DNA from: Malacoraja senta
Taxonomy: Eukaryota
Assembly (NCBI GenBank): GCA_038087875.1
Contig: CM075989.1
Location: forward strand, 21,826,001-21,890,000
DNA: 64,000 nucleotides
Reading direction: 5' to 3'
Positions within the stretch are counted from its first letter, which is position 1; every line of letters starts with the position of its first letter. Under the pieces are notes generated by a model, which searched no databases, was not told the DNA's origin, and saw nothing but the letters and a program-made list of their open reading frames with translations. The position numbers and the translations under genes were made by a program. Shown piece after piece: positions 38,206 to 51,210 of this stretch.

Positions 38206-39155
38206 AATTTAAATACCCTTTACTCTTATACTCTGTACCTGAAAAGGTCATAAAGTCATTTCTTACTCCAAAGTATGTATTTTGTCAATACACAGAGTGC
38301 TAACAAAATAACTAGATGTGCAGAATTCTGTAAATATTGACAGCATCAATTCATTCTGCTTTCTTGAAGTATTTAATCAGGTCAAATAAATGACTGTCAC
38401 ACCCAAAAATCGACGTGAAATGTCCATGTTCTCCAGAGGGGCCTCCTGACCCACTGGGTTACTCCAGCACTTTGTGTCCTTTTGCATATTAAACCAGCAT
38501 CTGCACTTCTTTGTTTCAACATTCAACACAGACATCAAAGTTATTTAATTTTCTCACATTTTTCCAGATTTTTGTAGTTGAAATCTTACTCTTTCCAAGC
38601 GATTTTCCAAATTTAGCTAAGCAAATGCAAAGATGAGTACCACAACAAAATAATGCCGTTATCGGGCAAATCATTTGGCCAACGAGCAAAGGAAGATCAG
38701 CTTTTGTTTTTGTACAGATGGAAATTGATGAGCAGCAGAATACAAGTCAGTGTGTCATATCTCATATTCCTATCTGACACTTTGATTTGTGATTTTCTAA
38801 AACTTTGTCACTTAACATCATCAAGTGTCAAGATGTTTACAGTTGTGAAGATTATGAGAGACCTGCTTTTTAAACAACTGGGGATAATCTTACCAAGATT
38901 AGATCATTGTCCACATCAATGAAAGTCTCTCAAAAAACTCCCTTTACAAAATGATGCTAAGGTTGAAAAATTAACAGTGTCAGTATTGACAAGGAATTCT
39001 AAATGACTCGTGGATGAAGTCAATGTGAAATAATGTGAAGAAAAGTATGGAAACAACAAATGGAGGGTGATAGGAGACAGAATGATCAAGGTTTTCTTAA
39101 TTAAATTTCAATTTGACATTGTGATTTCTACCATCAAAGCCTGAACAAATGAGAC

Positions 39156-40195
39156 CATAAGGCATTGGAACAGAATTAGGCCATTTGGCCCATCAAGCCA
39201 TGAGGTCATAAGGTCATAGGTAATAGGAGTTGAAATAAAGGCCATTCGGCCCATCAAGTCTTTTCTGCAATTCAATCATGGCTGATCAATCTCTCCCTCC
39301 TGACCCCATTCTCCTGCCTTCTCCCCATAACCCCTGACACCTGTGCTAATCAAGAATCTATCTATCTCTGCCTTAAATATATCCAATGACTTGGCCTCCA
39401 CAGCCTTCTGTGGCAAAGAATTCCACAGATTCACCACCCTCGGACTAAAGAAATTCCTTCTCATCCCTCTCTGAGACTGAGTCCAGAACCAGGGGCCACA
39501 GTCTTAGAATAAAGGGGGGGGGGGGGGTCATTTAAGACTGAGGTGAGAAAAAAGGTTTTCACCCAGAGAGTTGTGAATTTATGGAATTCTCTGACACAGA
39601 GGGCAGTGGAGGCCAAGTCACTGGATGGATTTAAGAGAGAGTTAGATAGAGCTCTAGGGGCTAGTGGGGTCAAGGGATATGGGAAGAAGGCAGGCATGGG
39701 TTATTGATAGGGGATGATCAGCCATGATCACAATGAATGGCGGTGCTGGCTCGAAGGGCTGAATGGCCTCCTCCTGCACCTATTTTCTATGTTTCTATGT
39801 TTCTATGTTTCCTAAAGGAACATCCTGTAATTCGGAGGCTGTGACCGCTAGTCCCAGACCCTCCTACTAGTGGAAACATCCTCTCCACATCCACTCTATC
39901 TCCACCATTCGGTCATGGCTGATCTGTTTTTCCCTCTCAACCCCATTCTCCTGCCCTCTCTTCGTAACCTTTGACACCCGTACTAATCAAGAACCTATCA
40001 ATCTCCATTTTAAAAGTATCCGATATCCTCGCCTCTGTGGCAATGAATTCCACAGCTTCACCACCCTCTGGCTAAAGAAATTCCTCCTCATCTCCATTCT
40101 AAAGGGACGTCCTTTAATACGGAGGCCGTGCCCTCTGGTCCTGGACTCTCCCACTAGTGAAAACATCTTCTCTGCATCCACTCTATCTTGGCCTG
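39156..40195. mobile_element. Cluster of nested CR1 3' ends (two on -, one on + at about 39478-39810)
   Basis: Repeated RRNFFS.RVV.LWNSLP motifs; the plus-strand copy ends (TTTCTATG)n inside a minus-strand copy. Confidence 0.85.
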
Positions 40196-40767
40196 GTAAT
40201 GGTAATTAATGGTCGGAGCAGTAATTAATATCGGGCAGCAATAAAAAAAAAAATTTGATTGTACCTTGGGGACACGTGACCGTAAGCTAAACTAAATTAA
40301 AAGACTGGAAGGGAACGGAGAGATGGGGAAAGGAATAAATGGGTGTGCTTCAAGGTGGGGCACAGGGTAGAGAGGTGGGAAGAGAAAGAAAATCAGGGGA
40401 AAAGGGCCCTGGAAATGTTCGCAGGAGAATTCTGGAGGAATTGGAGAATTCCACATTCATACCATAGGGCTGCAAGGAATAGCAGATGCTGTTCCTAGCT
40501 CTTTGTGTCTGGCTTTACTGGTAATGGAGGAGGCCCAGGACAGAATGAGCAGTATGAGAATGGGAAGGGGAGTTAAAATGTGTAGGAAGGAACTGCAGAT
40601 GCTGGTTTACACCGATTTAGGTTTGTAGGCTAATAGGCTTGGTATAAATGTTTTAAAAAATTGTCGGCAGGTTAGTGCTAATGTGTGGGGATCACTGGTC
40701 GGTGCAGCCTCGATGGGCCGAAGGGCCTGTTTCCACTCTGTATCTCTAAACTAAAGTAAACTAAAAC

Positions 40768-41080
40768 TGCTGGAGTAACTCAGTGGGTCAGGCAGCATCT
40801 CTGGAGAGAAGGAATGGGTGACGTTCGGGTCTGTGGAATTCTCTGCCTCAGAGGGCGGTGGAGGCAGGTTCTCTGGATGCTTTCAAGAGAGAGCTAGATA
40901 GGGCTCTTAAAAATAGCGGAGTCAGGGGATATGGGGAGAAGGCAGGAACGGGGTACTGATTGGGGATGATCAGCCATGATCACATTGAATGGCGGTGCTG
41001 GCTTGAAAGGCCGAATGGCCTATTGTCCTGCACCTATTGTCTATTGTGTATTGTCTATTGTCGAGACCCTTCTTCAGTCT
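40768..41080. mobile_element. Penelope-derived arm (-) with a CR1 tail (+, about 40832-41059) inserted in the hammerhead-like stem
   Basis: GACGTTCGGGTC | CR1 | (G)TCGAGACCCTTCTTCAG. Confidence 0.8.
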
Positions 41081-41116
41081 GAGGCATTTTCAGTCTTCAG
41101 CATGTTGTGTCCATCA

Positions 41117-41275
41117 GGGGAGCTAAAATGGTGAGCAACTGGGAGATCTAGCAAGTCTTGGCAGACTGAACGCAAGTGTTCGGTAAAATGGTCACTGAGA
41201 CGACACTTGGACTCGCCGATGCAGAGGAGGCCAAACTGAGAGCCGCAGATGCAGTAGACGAGGGGAGATGAGGAA
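41117..41275 (-). mobile_element. Penelope-like GIY-YIG endonuclease remnant
   Basis: SSPLVYCICGSQFGLLCIGESKCRLSDHFTEHLRSV...LPVAHHFSSP matches the Penelope GIY-YIG pattern (VY.I.C..C...YIGET.R.L..R..EH.R...VA.HF). Confidence 0.85.
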
Positions 41276-41363
41276 TTGGAAAGTCCATTTGTGGTATGGC
41301 ATGGGCGGAAATCGCTTTTAAAACATGGGTGGGGGGGGGCACAATGAGGCCTGAAAACTAGGA

Positions 41364-41450
41364 CAGGGGTAGGCAACCTACGGCCCACGGGCCGGATCCG
41401 GCCCTTAACCCGAAATCATCCGGCCCGCAGGCTCATTTTTTTCAATTAGT
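41364..41450 (+). mobile_element. hAT (Charlie/MER58-like) terminal sequence
   Basis: CAGGGGTAGGCAACCTACGGCCCACGGGCCGGATCCGGCCC resembles hAT-Charlie left ends. No matching right end was found. Confidence 0.65.
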
Positions 41451-41469
41451 TTTCGCGACCTGTGAACTG

Positions 41470-41776
41470 CAGCCAGACCTGGAGCACGCAGGTGAACTGG
41501 GCGCTACAGCCAGTCCTGGGGCACGCAGGTGAACTGGGCGCTACAGCCAGACCTGGGGCACGCAGGTGATCTGGGCACTACAGCCAGACCTGGGGCACGC
41601 AGGTGAACTGGGCGCTACAGCCAGACCTGGGGCACGCAGGTGAACTGGGCGCTACTGCCAGACCTGGGGCACGCAGGTGAACTGGGCACTACTGCCAGAC
41701 CTGGGGCACGCAGGTGAACTGGGCGCTACAGCCAGACCTGGGGCACGCAGGTGATCTGGGCGCTACAGCCAGTCCC
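41470..41776. repeat. 37-bp GC-rich minisatellite, about 8 copies
   Basis: Unit GCACGCAGGTGAACTGGGCGCTACAGCCAGACCTGGG starting at 41484, 41521, 41558, 41595, 41632, 41669, 41706 and 41743; no spacers. Confidence 0.95.
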
Positions 41777-43076
41777 CGGCGGTCTTGCTGCAACATTTCA
41801 CAAAACATGGGGGGAACTGTCCCCCACCTCTCAAAACATGGGGGTACAGGTCCGTTCCCCCCAGAATACCGTATAGTACTAAATATGGTCTATGGTAGTT
41901 TATTTGTCACGTGTACCGAGGTACAGTGAAATTCATTTTTAGATATTTATATTTATTCATTTATATTAGATAAGTATCTCAGTTACAGTATCTGTATACT
42001 ATTGTGTATAGCAGCAGTACACTGAGATAGTATCCAGCGGCGACCAGAAAAAGGTACGACTCTTTGGGCGGCTACTCACGACCATACAGGCGTCACCCCG
42101 CGGCATGTCGACACGTGATGCCTGTATGGTCGTGGGCGCAGTCTCCCTTTAGTGGTGCAACTGGGATGAAGAGATGGATCTCTCAGGAAAAAGCTGCAGT
42201 TCTGAAGAAAAGTCCAGTCACCGTAAGGCACAGACTGAAAAACACCGATGTACATCACATACGTAAAGCATTATTATCACTGCCTAAATACAAGAACCCC
42301 GACCTCTCACTCCAAACGCAAAAGACAACATTTTTGAGCATTTCAACTCTACATGACCTTTCCAGCAAATTGGTTTAATACTGGAAGCCCACACATTTAA
42401 AGTGATAAATGACTATTTATTAATCAATTAGTCAAATATTTGACAAATGTTGCAATTTCAAGAGAAGAAGCTTTGAACTATTTTAATAGTTCTGAAATAT
42501 AGTTCAAGTGTTTCACTCACAAGGGATATACATAGTTGAAGATTGCTTTCTTATTTGATTTAGGTCTGTGTGTGAACACAAAGAACTCCACATATGGGAC
42601 TAATTAGGGGGTCTCAATCTGGAACGTCTGAATAGTGGTAAGAGATGATTGTTCTTTTGGTACCTAGTTTATTCTGCTTCCTTGTTACGCTTAACTGGGT
42701 ATGTACATGGGGCATTTAGAGCCATACAGCACAGAAACAGGCCCTTCAGCCCAACTTGTCCATGATGACCAAGATACCCCATCCAAGCTGGTCCATTTGC
42801 CTGCATTTGGCCAATGTCCCTTGAAACATTTCCTTCCCCACGCTTGTCCAAGTGCCTTTTAGCTGTTGTTATTGTACCTGCTTCAACTACCTCCTCTGGC
42901 AGCCCCTTCCATACATCCACTAGCCTTATGTATGACAAAGTTGCCCCTTAGGTTCCTATTAAAACTTTTCCCCTCCCACCTTAAGCTTATGTCCTCTATT
43001 GCATGATTCCCCCACCCTGGGTAAAAGACTGTGGCTTGACCCTAACAATTCCACTCATTATTTTATACACCTCTAT

Positions 43077-43680
43077 ACGGCCCAGTGGTGCAGCGGTAGA
43101 GTTGCTGCCTTACAGCGCCAGAGACCTGGGTTCAATTCTGACTTGGGGTGCTGCCTGTACATAGTTTGTATATTTCTCTTGCCCAGAGTAGGGGAATCGA
43201 GGACCAGAGGACGTAGGGTACAAGGTGAAGGGGAAAAGATTTAATAGGAATCTGAGGGGTAACTTTTTCACACAAAGGGTGGTGGGTGTATGGAACAAGC
43301 TGCCAGAGGAGGTAGTTGAGGCTGGGACTATGTCAGCATTTAAGAAACAGTTAGACAGGTACATGGATAGGACAGGTTTGGAGGGATATGGACCAAGCGC
43401 AGGCAAGTGGGACTAGTGTAGCTGGGACATGTTGGCCGGTATGGGCAAGTTGGGCTGAAGGGCCTGTTTCCACACTGCATCACTCTATGACTCTATTTAC
43501 CCTGTGACCATGTGGGTTTTCGACAGGTGCTCTGGTTTCCTCCCACGCTCCAAAGTCGCAAATGCTTGTAGATTAATTGGTATATTGTCCCTAGTGTGTG
43601 GGATAGAACGAGTGTGAATGGGTGATGGGTGGTTGGCGAGGACAGTGGGCCAAAGGGCCTGTTTCCATGCCATATCTCCA
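43077..43680 (+). mobile_element. V-SINE interrupted by HER1-like CR1 3' end (about 43153-43496)
   Basis: The LINE encodes LLPRVGESRTRG...FFTQRVVGVWNKLPEEVVEAG. Its tail GGGCTGAAGGGCCTGTTTCCAC.CTG.AT is the same as the SINE tail. Confidence 0.88.
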
Positions 43681-45804
43681 GAAGCTCGGATCACCCCTTA
43701 GCCTCCTGCATTCCAAGGGCATAAAGTTCTCACCTAGCCAGCCTCTCCCTGTAGCTCAGGCGAACTCAGCCTTGAAGGGCGGGAGGGAGGGAGTGTTGCT
43801 CACTTTGGATAACGAGGGTAAGAAGTTCGCCTCCCGCCTCTGCAGGTCCCCTGAAGCACTTTTTGTGTTTGCCTAAAGATATTGTGCCGGGTGTGCGGAA
43901 GGAGGGGTTAAAAAACTTGAGTTGAATGCACCATTAGCAGCAATTTGAAACCTGCCCTTTAGAGTGCTTCATTCGTAATGGAATGAATCTCCGCTTTCAC
44001 CGAACAGCTGCGTTTCAATGGGGCAGGGCTGATTCTTGAAAAGGGCCAGGGACGCCAAGGGGTGCATTCTTCCAGTGACAAAGAGAAGGCTTCTAAAGAG
44101 CACCGATATGCTAACACACCACGTTATTGGATTGAGTCACTCTGGTAGATCTGTGTGAAACTCGCTCTCAACGTGTCGCTGAGAAGCTTGTAAAGTACTT
44201 CATAGTTCGCAGTCTCCTATTTTGGTTGGCTTCCAGGTAGGGGAGGGAAAGGTCGTCCGCTCTGCGGATATTCCTCCCTCGCCAATTATAGTGCGATGGT
44301 GGTCAAATTATAGCAACACAACCTTCGAGCGAGTGGATGGAAGGACCTCACACGCAGCACACTGAAGGAATGGCAGGGAATATTATTAAACATTTATCTG
44401 GAGAACAAAGCAAGGATTATCAAATATTAACCCGCTAACAAATTAAGAATCAGGCCAGCTTTTTTTCTTGGCTTGTCTAATCCTGTACACCCAACAGGTG
44501 TTTCAATAAAGTCGTCTTTATAAACAAGGTGGCTTAGTCATGGAGTCGTACAAAAGAGAACCAGGCCCTTCGGCCCAACATGCCCAATTGAAAATAGACC
44601 CATTTGGCCAGTTTTAGCCCATCTCCTGATAATTATCAGTTTAATTATTCATGTGTGTATATATTTATGCAATGGTATATGGACACACTGATCTGTTCAG
44701 TATTCATGCCTACTATGTTCTGGTGTGCTAAAGCAAAGCAAGAATTTCATTGTCCTATCAGGGACACATGACAATAAAAATCTCTCTTGAACTCTTGAAC
44801 TCTCTCCCTGTAAACATTTCCTGTGCATGTACCTTTCAAAGTGAGTTCATAGGAGCAGAATTAGCCCATTCGGCCCATCGAGACTACTCTGCCTTTCAAT
44901 CATGGCTGATCTATTTTCCACAGTCAACCCTATTCTCTTGCCTACTCCCCAAAACTGTTGACACCCATACTAATCAAGAACCTCAGCTCCATGCCACGGT
45001 AACCTAATCTCATCTGCGTGCTCATGATCTATATCACTCCATTCCCTGCAAATTCATCTGCCTAACTAAAAAGCCTCTTGAAAGCCTCCACCACCATCCC
45101 TGGCAGTGCGTTCCAGACACCCACCATAGATGCTGCCTCACCCGCTGAGTTTCTCCAGCATTTTTATCTACCTTCGATTTTTCCAGCATCTGCAGTTCCT
45201 TCTTAAACTAGTGTTGTCTTTGCATTTGAGCTCCCAATGGAATGATGTGGGTACAAAATGTTCAATCTTCAATGTAGAGATTGCAATTAGGGAACAACTT
45301 CATACAAAGTTGAAAGTGCAGTGGGTACGCAGAAGCATTGACCAAAAACAATCCCACTCAGCGATAGGACATGGCTTAAACATAGAAACATAGGTGTAGG
45401 AGTAGGCGATTTGGCCCTAAGAACCCGCATCGCCATTCAATGTGATCACGGCTGATCATCCAAAATCAATACCCCATTCCTGCTTTCTCCCCATGTCGCA
45501 TGAGCTATATCTAACTCTCTCTTGAAAACATCCAGTGAATTGGCCTCCACTGCCTTCTGTGGCAGAGAATTCCACAGATTCATAACTCTCTGGGTTTGCT
45601 AGCTTTGATTTGTCCTTATGCATATTGTTCTGTGTATCTTTTGATATTTCTTGTTTCCCTCTCTCCTAGCTCTCACTGAAGAAGAGTCTTGACCGGAAAC
45701 ATCACCTCTTCCTTTTCTCCCGTTATCCTGCCTGACCCGTTGAGTTACTCCAGCATCTTGTGTCTATCTTCTCTCTAAACCTATCCTATGCATGTACCTG
45801 TCTA

Positions 45805-46030
45805 TAGACACAAACAGCTGAAGTAACTCAGCGGGACAGGCAGCATCTCTGGAGAGAAGGAATGGGTGACGTTTCGGGTCGAGACCCTTCTTCAGACTCC
45901 AGACTTTCGGTCTCGACCCGAAACGTCACCCATTCCTTCTCTCCAGAGATGCTGCCTATCCCGATGAGTTACTCCAGCTTTTTGTGTCTATCTTTGGTTT
46001 AAACCAGCATCTGCAGTTTCTTCCTACACA
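45805..46030. mobile_element. Penelope-derived inverted pair with an exact hammerhead-like motif (45868-45895, -)
   Basis: Arms about 45805-45898 and 45908-46030 are near-perfect reverse complements. Confidence 0.85.
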
Positions 46031-48145
46031 TGTACCTGTCAAAATGACAATAGACAATAGACAATAGACAATAGGTGCAGGAGAAGGCCATTTGGCCCTT
46101 TGAGCCAGCACCGCCATTCAATGTGATCATGGTTGATCATTCCCAATCAGTACCTCATTCCTGCCTTCTCCCCATATCCCCTGACTCTGCTATTTTAAAG
46201 AGCCCTATCTAGCTCTCTCTTGAAAGCTAGAGAGCTAGATAGGGCTCTCTTGAAAACATCTTAAATGGTTCTAAATCATTGTGATAGTACCTGCCTCAAC
46301 TACCTCAACACCCTTTATGTAAAAAAAGTTGCCCCCTAGGTTCCTATTAAATGTTTCCCCCTTCACCGTAAACCAATGTTCTCTGCTTCATTCTGCTTAA
46401 AAGTGTAAAATGTCATTGTTGCTTGAGCTGTCGACTCTTGCACCAGTTGATGATGTGCTTTGTACCCTGCATTTAAAAAAGGTTAAACCAAAATACATGC
46501 TGTGAATGTAAAGGATATTCAAGACAAAAAGGATGAGAGACTGGAATGAGATTGATCTAAATTATTGTTCAATCGTCTAAGACTTTTATTTTTTAGTTTA
46601 GTTTAGAGATACAACATGGAAACAGGCCCTTCGGTTCACCAAGTCCGTGCCGACCAGCGATCCCCGCACACTCACGTTATCTTACACATGCGAGGGACAA
46701 TTTACATTTTACAATTGTACCGAGCCATTTAGGCTACATACTGTACGTCTTTGGAGTGTGGGAGGAAACCGGAGATGGAGAAAACACACGCAGGTCACGC
46801 GGAGAACGTACAAACTCAGTGCAGACAGCGCCCATTGTCAGGATCAAAGCAAGTTTCACCTCTACTAAATTGGGAATGCTCAATAGCAACATTATCCAAC
46901 ATTATCCAATAGTCCTAGAGCGATACAGCGTGGAAACAGGCCCTTCGGCCCAACTTGCCCACACTGGTCAACATGTCCCAGCTACACTAGTCCCACCTGC
47001 CCACGTTTGGCCCATATCCCTCCAAACCTGTCCAATCCATGTACCTGTCTAACTGTTTCTTAAATATTGGGATAGTCCCTGCTTCATCTACCTGCTCCGG
47101 CAGCGTGTTCCACACCCCAACCTCCCTTTGCGAAATTCCTAACGTTTCATGAGAACTGGAAGGAAAAAAGGTTTATGCTTCAATCGACTACAATCTGAGC
47201 ATTGTTGGGTGGGCGGTGAAGGGAGAGGTGCTGGGAGAGAGGAGGGGCTGGTGGAAATAGTAGTAAATCAAATTCACCTTAAAACATTAAACCCAGTAAT
47301 TCAAAGCAGTTAAAATAACACAAAATCCACAGACCTTTCTTTTTAATCTGGGCATATTTTCAAAATCCCGCAGCTGATGGATGCAGTTTCGAGAAGAGAT
47401 TAGGGACTTCAAACAGCAGTGTCACTTGTGTGAGAATGGTTTCATTCAAGGATGCATGCTGATTAATGAGTTGACATTGACAGTCGGGAACTTCATAATC
47501 TGCGAACAGTTAATTCCAAATAGACTTTTAGACCAAGAATTTGCCTTTTGCCTTAAGGTAACCCCATGCATGTTTTTGTTCACAAATATATAACTCCTAG
47601 GATTTCACACAAATTGACATTAGCAAGGTAAAGACAAATAGGATACAGTAGTTATGACCTTACATGTGCTTCGGTGTATACTATAAAATATTTACCGTTT
47701 GGTATATTGCAACAGAAATTGTGGTGCAGCTAAATAGTATCTATTGAGGTCACTGCTCTAGGGTTTATAAAATAATTTTCATATGGACTGCCAGTGCCAT
47801 TGACATGGGAAGCAAGATCAATGACCTCAGAGATAAACATCAACCCTGAGAACATGAGCCGTTTGGTTTTGTGAGCCTCATTGGCAATATGTTGCTGATG
47901 AACACAGACCAGCTCAAGAATAAATCAATCACTAATCAGCAGGCATCAAACACAAACCAGATTTAACTCAGCTCGGGCTATCATTGTGCTATCATTTCCA
48001 CCTTGAGGCATTGCAGTTCTTTGTTATTAGTGGCAACAATACGCCAGAGTCAGATCAGCCCTCTGAGAACAACTAACGTCACAATGCAGGACAGCTCGAC
48101 CATTAAATGGTCGATTGTCACGATTCACACGGGTGATACCTACAA

Positions 48146-48455
48146 GTTTAGTTTTAGTTTAGAGATACAGCGTGGAAACAGCACCTTCGGCCCACCGAGT
48201 CCGCACCGACCAGTGATCTCCGCGCAGACACACACTTGGGACAATTTACGCTTACATCAGTCCAATTGACCTACAAACCTGTACGTCTTTGGAGTGTGGG
48301 AAGAAACCGAAGATCTCGGAGAAAACCCACGCAGGTCACGGGGAGAACGTACCAAACTCCGTACATGCAGCACCCGTAGTCAAGATCGAAGCCGGGTCTC
48401 CGGCGCTGCATTCGCTGTAAGGCAGCAACGCTACCGCTGCGCCACCGTGCCGCCC
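48146..48455 (-). mobile_element. V-SINE, full length
   Basis: Family architecture with the CAGCGAATGCAGCG head variant. Confidence 0.9.
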
Positions 48456-48552
48456 AATTTTGCCATGCCGCTCTGCTGCTCAGCTTTTCCTCGATTGATT
48501 GAATGAAAGATACAGCATAGGCAACAGGCCCTTCAGCCACCGAGTCCGCACT

Positions 48553-48752
48553 NNNNNNNNNNNNNNNNNNNNNNNNNNNNNNNNNNNNNNNNNNNNNNNN
48601 NNNNNNNNNNNNNNNNNNNNNNNNNNNNNNNNNNNNNNNNNNNNNNNNNNNNNNNNNNNNNNNNNNNNNNNNNNNNNNNNNNNNNNNNNNNNNNNNNNNN
48701 NNNNNNNNNNNNNNNNNNNNNNNNNNNNNNNNNNNNNNNNNNNNNNNNNNNN
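48553..48752. other. Assembly gap (200 N)
   Basis: Run of N. Confidence 1.
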
Positions 48753-48756
48753 CGGC

Positions 48757-48957
48757 GCTCGTGCCTCACTGGCGGCGGCTGTGCTCGTGCCTCACTGGTG
48801 GCGGCTGTGCTCGTGCCTCACTGGCGGCGGCTGTGCTCGTGCCTCACTGGCGGCGGCTGTGCTCGTGCCTCACTGGCGGCGGCTGTGCTCGTGCCTCACT
48901 GGCGGCGGCTGTGGCTGCGGCCGTGCCGCACTCGTGCCTCACTGGCGGAGGCTGTGC
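48757..48957. repeat. 26-bp GC-rich minisatellite running into the gap
   Basis: Unit GCTCGTGCCTCACTGGCGGCGGCTGT, about 6-7 visible copies. Confidence 0.95.
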
Positions 48958-49536
48958 GGTAGGAAACGTTTTTTGAACAGTGTAGGTTTTATTTTAGCAC
49001 CGTGCGGTGTTGGGAACAACGCCGCACGGCCCCGGAATTGTGCGTTTGACCGAGTGCGCGGTCTATGGCGGCCCAGGAGCGGTAGATTCTTCCTGTTTCG
49101 CCGCCAATGACCGCAGACTCGTGAGACAGGCCTTTTAGCTACAGACCCGCCCATTTTTGGAATGGGGGGGGGAGAACCGGAGGCACGGTGGCGCAGCAGA
49201 TGAGTTTCTGCCTTACAGCGCCAAAGATCCCGGTTTCGATCCTGACTATGGGTGCTGTCTGTACGGAGTTTGTACATTCTACCCGTGACCACGTGGGTTT
49301 TCTCCAAGTGCTCCGGTTTCCTCCCACATCGCAAAGACATACAGGTTTGTAAGTAAACTTGTTGTAATTAGGAGTTAATTAGGTCAATTTGCACGCAACA
49401 CAAAAGCTTTTCAATGTACCTTTTCAAATGTGACAATAAACCAAACTAAAACAAACTAAAAAATAACTAAATAATTGGCTTCTGTAAATTGCACCGAGGT
49501 CTAGTGTATGGGTGATCAATGGTCAGCATGGACTTG

Positions 49537-49843
49537 TGTAGGAAGGAACTGCAGATGCTGCTTTACACCAAAGATAGCCACAAAATGCTGGAGTAACTCA
49601 GCGGGACAGGCTGCATCTCTGGGGAGAAGGAATGGGTGATGTTTTGGGTCGAGACCCTTCTTCAGACTCAATCCTTCGGAATGAGCCCTTCTTGGCCCTT
49701 CGGCCCATTGAGTCTGCACTGACCAGCGATCCCTGAAACGTCACCCATTCCTTCTCTCCAGAGTTGCTGCCTGTCCCGCTGAGTTACTCCAGCATTTAGT
49801 GCCTATCTTCGGTATAAACCAGCATCTGCAGTTTCCTTCCTAC
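49537..49843. mobile_element. Penelope-derived inverted pair
   Basis: Arms about 49537-49668 (-) and 49734-49843 (+), separated by an inverted SINE fragment. Confidence 0.8.
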
Positions 49844-50937
49844 ATATTGTGTCCCTTCCACAGATGCTGCCTGACCCGCTGAGTTACTCCAGCACTTTGT
49901 GTATTACCCTTCTGAGTTAGTTGTAATAATTTTACTTCCAGCTGACCCCCCATGTTCTATGGTGAAAGCATGGGGCTAAATGATGCCAAAAATATATATT
50001 TTCACAGGCAAAGTGATCAAGATAATAAAGATTGGATGGTAAAATAAGCTATCGTGGAATCATGAACTCGATGGGCCGAAGGGCCAGTTTCCAAGCTCTA
50101 TCTCTAAACCAAACCAATCTGCAGATTCAGGGGAACTATTGGCGAGCTTTCCAGCAGGGCAGGTCCTGCAGATTGTGTGTTGCTAAAGACATATTTGCTA
50201 TTCCAGTGCTAAGAGAAATGAAAGATGTATTTGCTCTAGCAAGGCAGGTGAAGGGAGCAGCCAAGGTCACCGCCTGTCACCAGGTGCTGTATTTGAGTAG
50301 CTTTGCCCTTGTTTCCACAACACCACCCATAAGCAACAGCGCAGTAAATCTATTGTCATTAAACATTGAGAAGCTCGTTTCTGTTGGCAGAGTGCCCACG
50401 TCATGAACTTTGTTGGCATTCCAAGGAGCACACAAGGCTGACCAGCGCTTGTGATGGGGCTCCTGCATAAAGAAGTGCAGTTTTCTTTCACCCTTATTAA
50501 TTCTGCTTCTTTCAACGTATTAATTCAAAACCGTATGCGAGGCTGTGACCCGGCTGTGTTCCAAGCTATCTGATTATTAATTGTATTTTTAACTAATTGT
50601 TGCTCTCTGGGGCTTTGCTCCCTCAATGGCATTTTTGTACAAGGACCAGGAGAGCAGATTGACGCCATCTACACAATTATTATGACAGCAGAAATCATTG
50701 CTGTACTCTTTGGCTGTTGCCGTTCAAGAAAACTAAGCCGCTTAAGAAAGAACCGCAGATGCTGGAGAAATCGAAGGTAGACAAAAAATGCTGGACAAAC
50801 TCAGCGGGTGAGGCAGCATCTATGGAGCGAAGGAATAGGTGACCTTTCGGGTCGAGTGTTTCTCCAGCATTTTTTGTCTACCCAAGAAAACTAAGTTGTT
50901 CTTTTCGCTGTGTTTTTCGGTATTTGGTAAATTCATC

Positions 50938-51210
50938 TTTTAGTTTAGTTTACAGATGCAGCGCGGAAACAGGCCCTTCGGCCCAGCGACTCCACGCCGA
51001 CCAACGATCCCCGCTCATTAACGCTGTCCTACATAACCTCCAGGCCTGTGCGTCTTTGGAGTGTGGGAGGAAACCGAAGATCTCGGAGAAAACCCACGCA
51101 GGTCACGGGGAGAACGTACAAACCCCATACAGACAGCAACCGTAGTCAGGATCGAACCTGGGTCTCTGGCGCTGTAAGGCAGCAACTCTACCGCTGCGCC
51201 ATCTTGCTGC
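50938..51210 (-). mobile_element. V-SINE
   Basis: Family architecture. Confidence 0.85.

Noticed and set aside
41470..41776. 37-bp repeats of CRISPR-like length
   Set aside because: Units are head-to-tail with no unique spacers, no cas genes are present and the context is vertebrate; this is a minisatellite.
48499..49110. 203-aa ORF spanning the gap
   Set aside because: Artefact of Ns plus the 26-bp tandem repeat.
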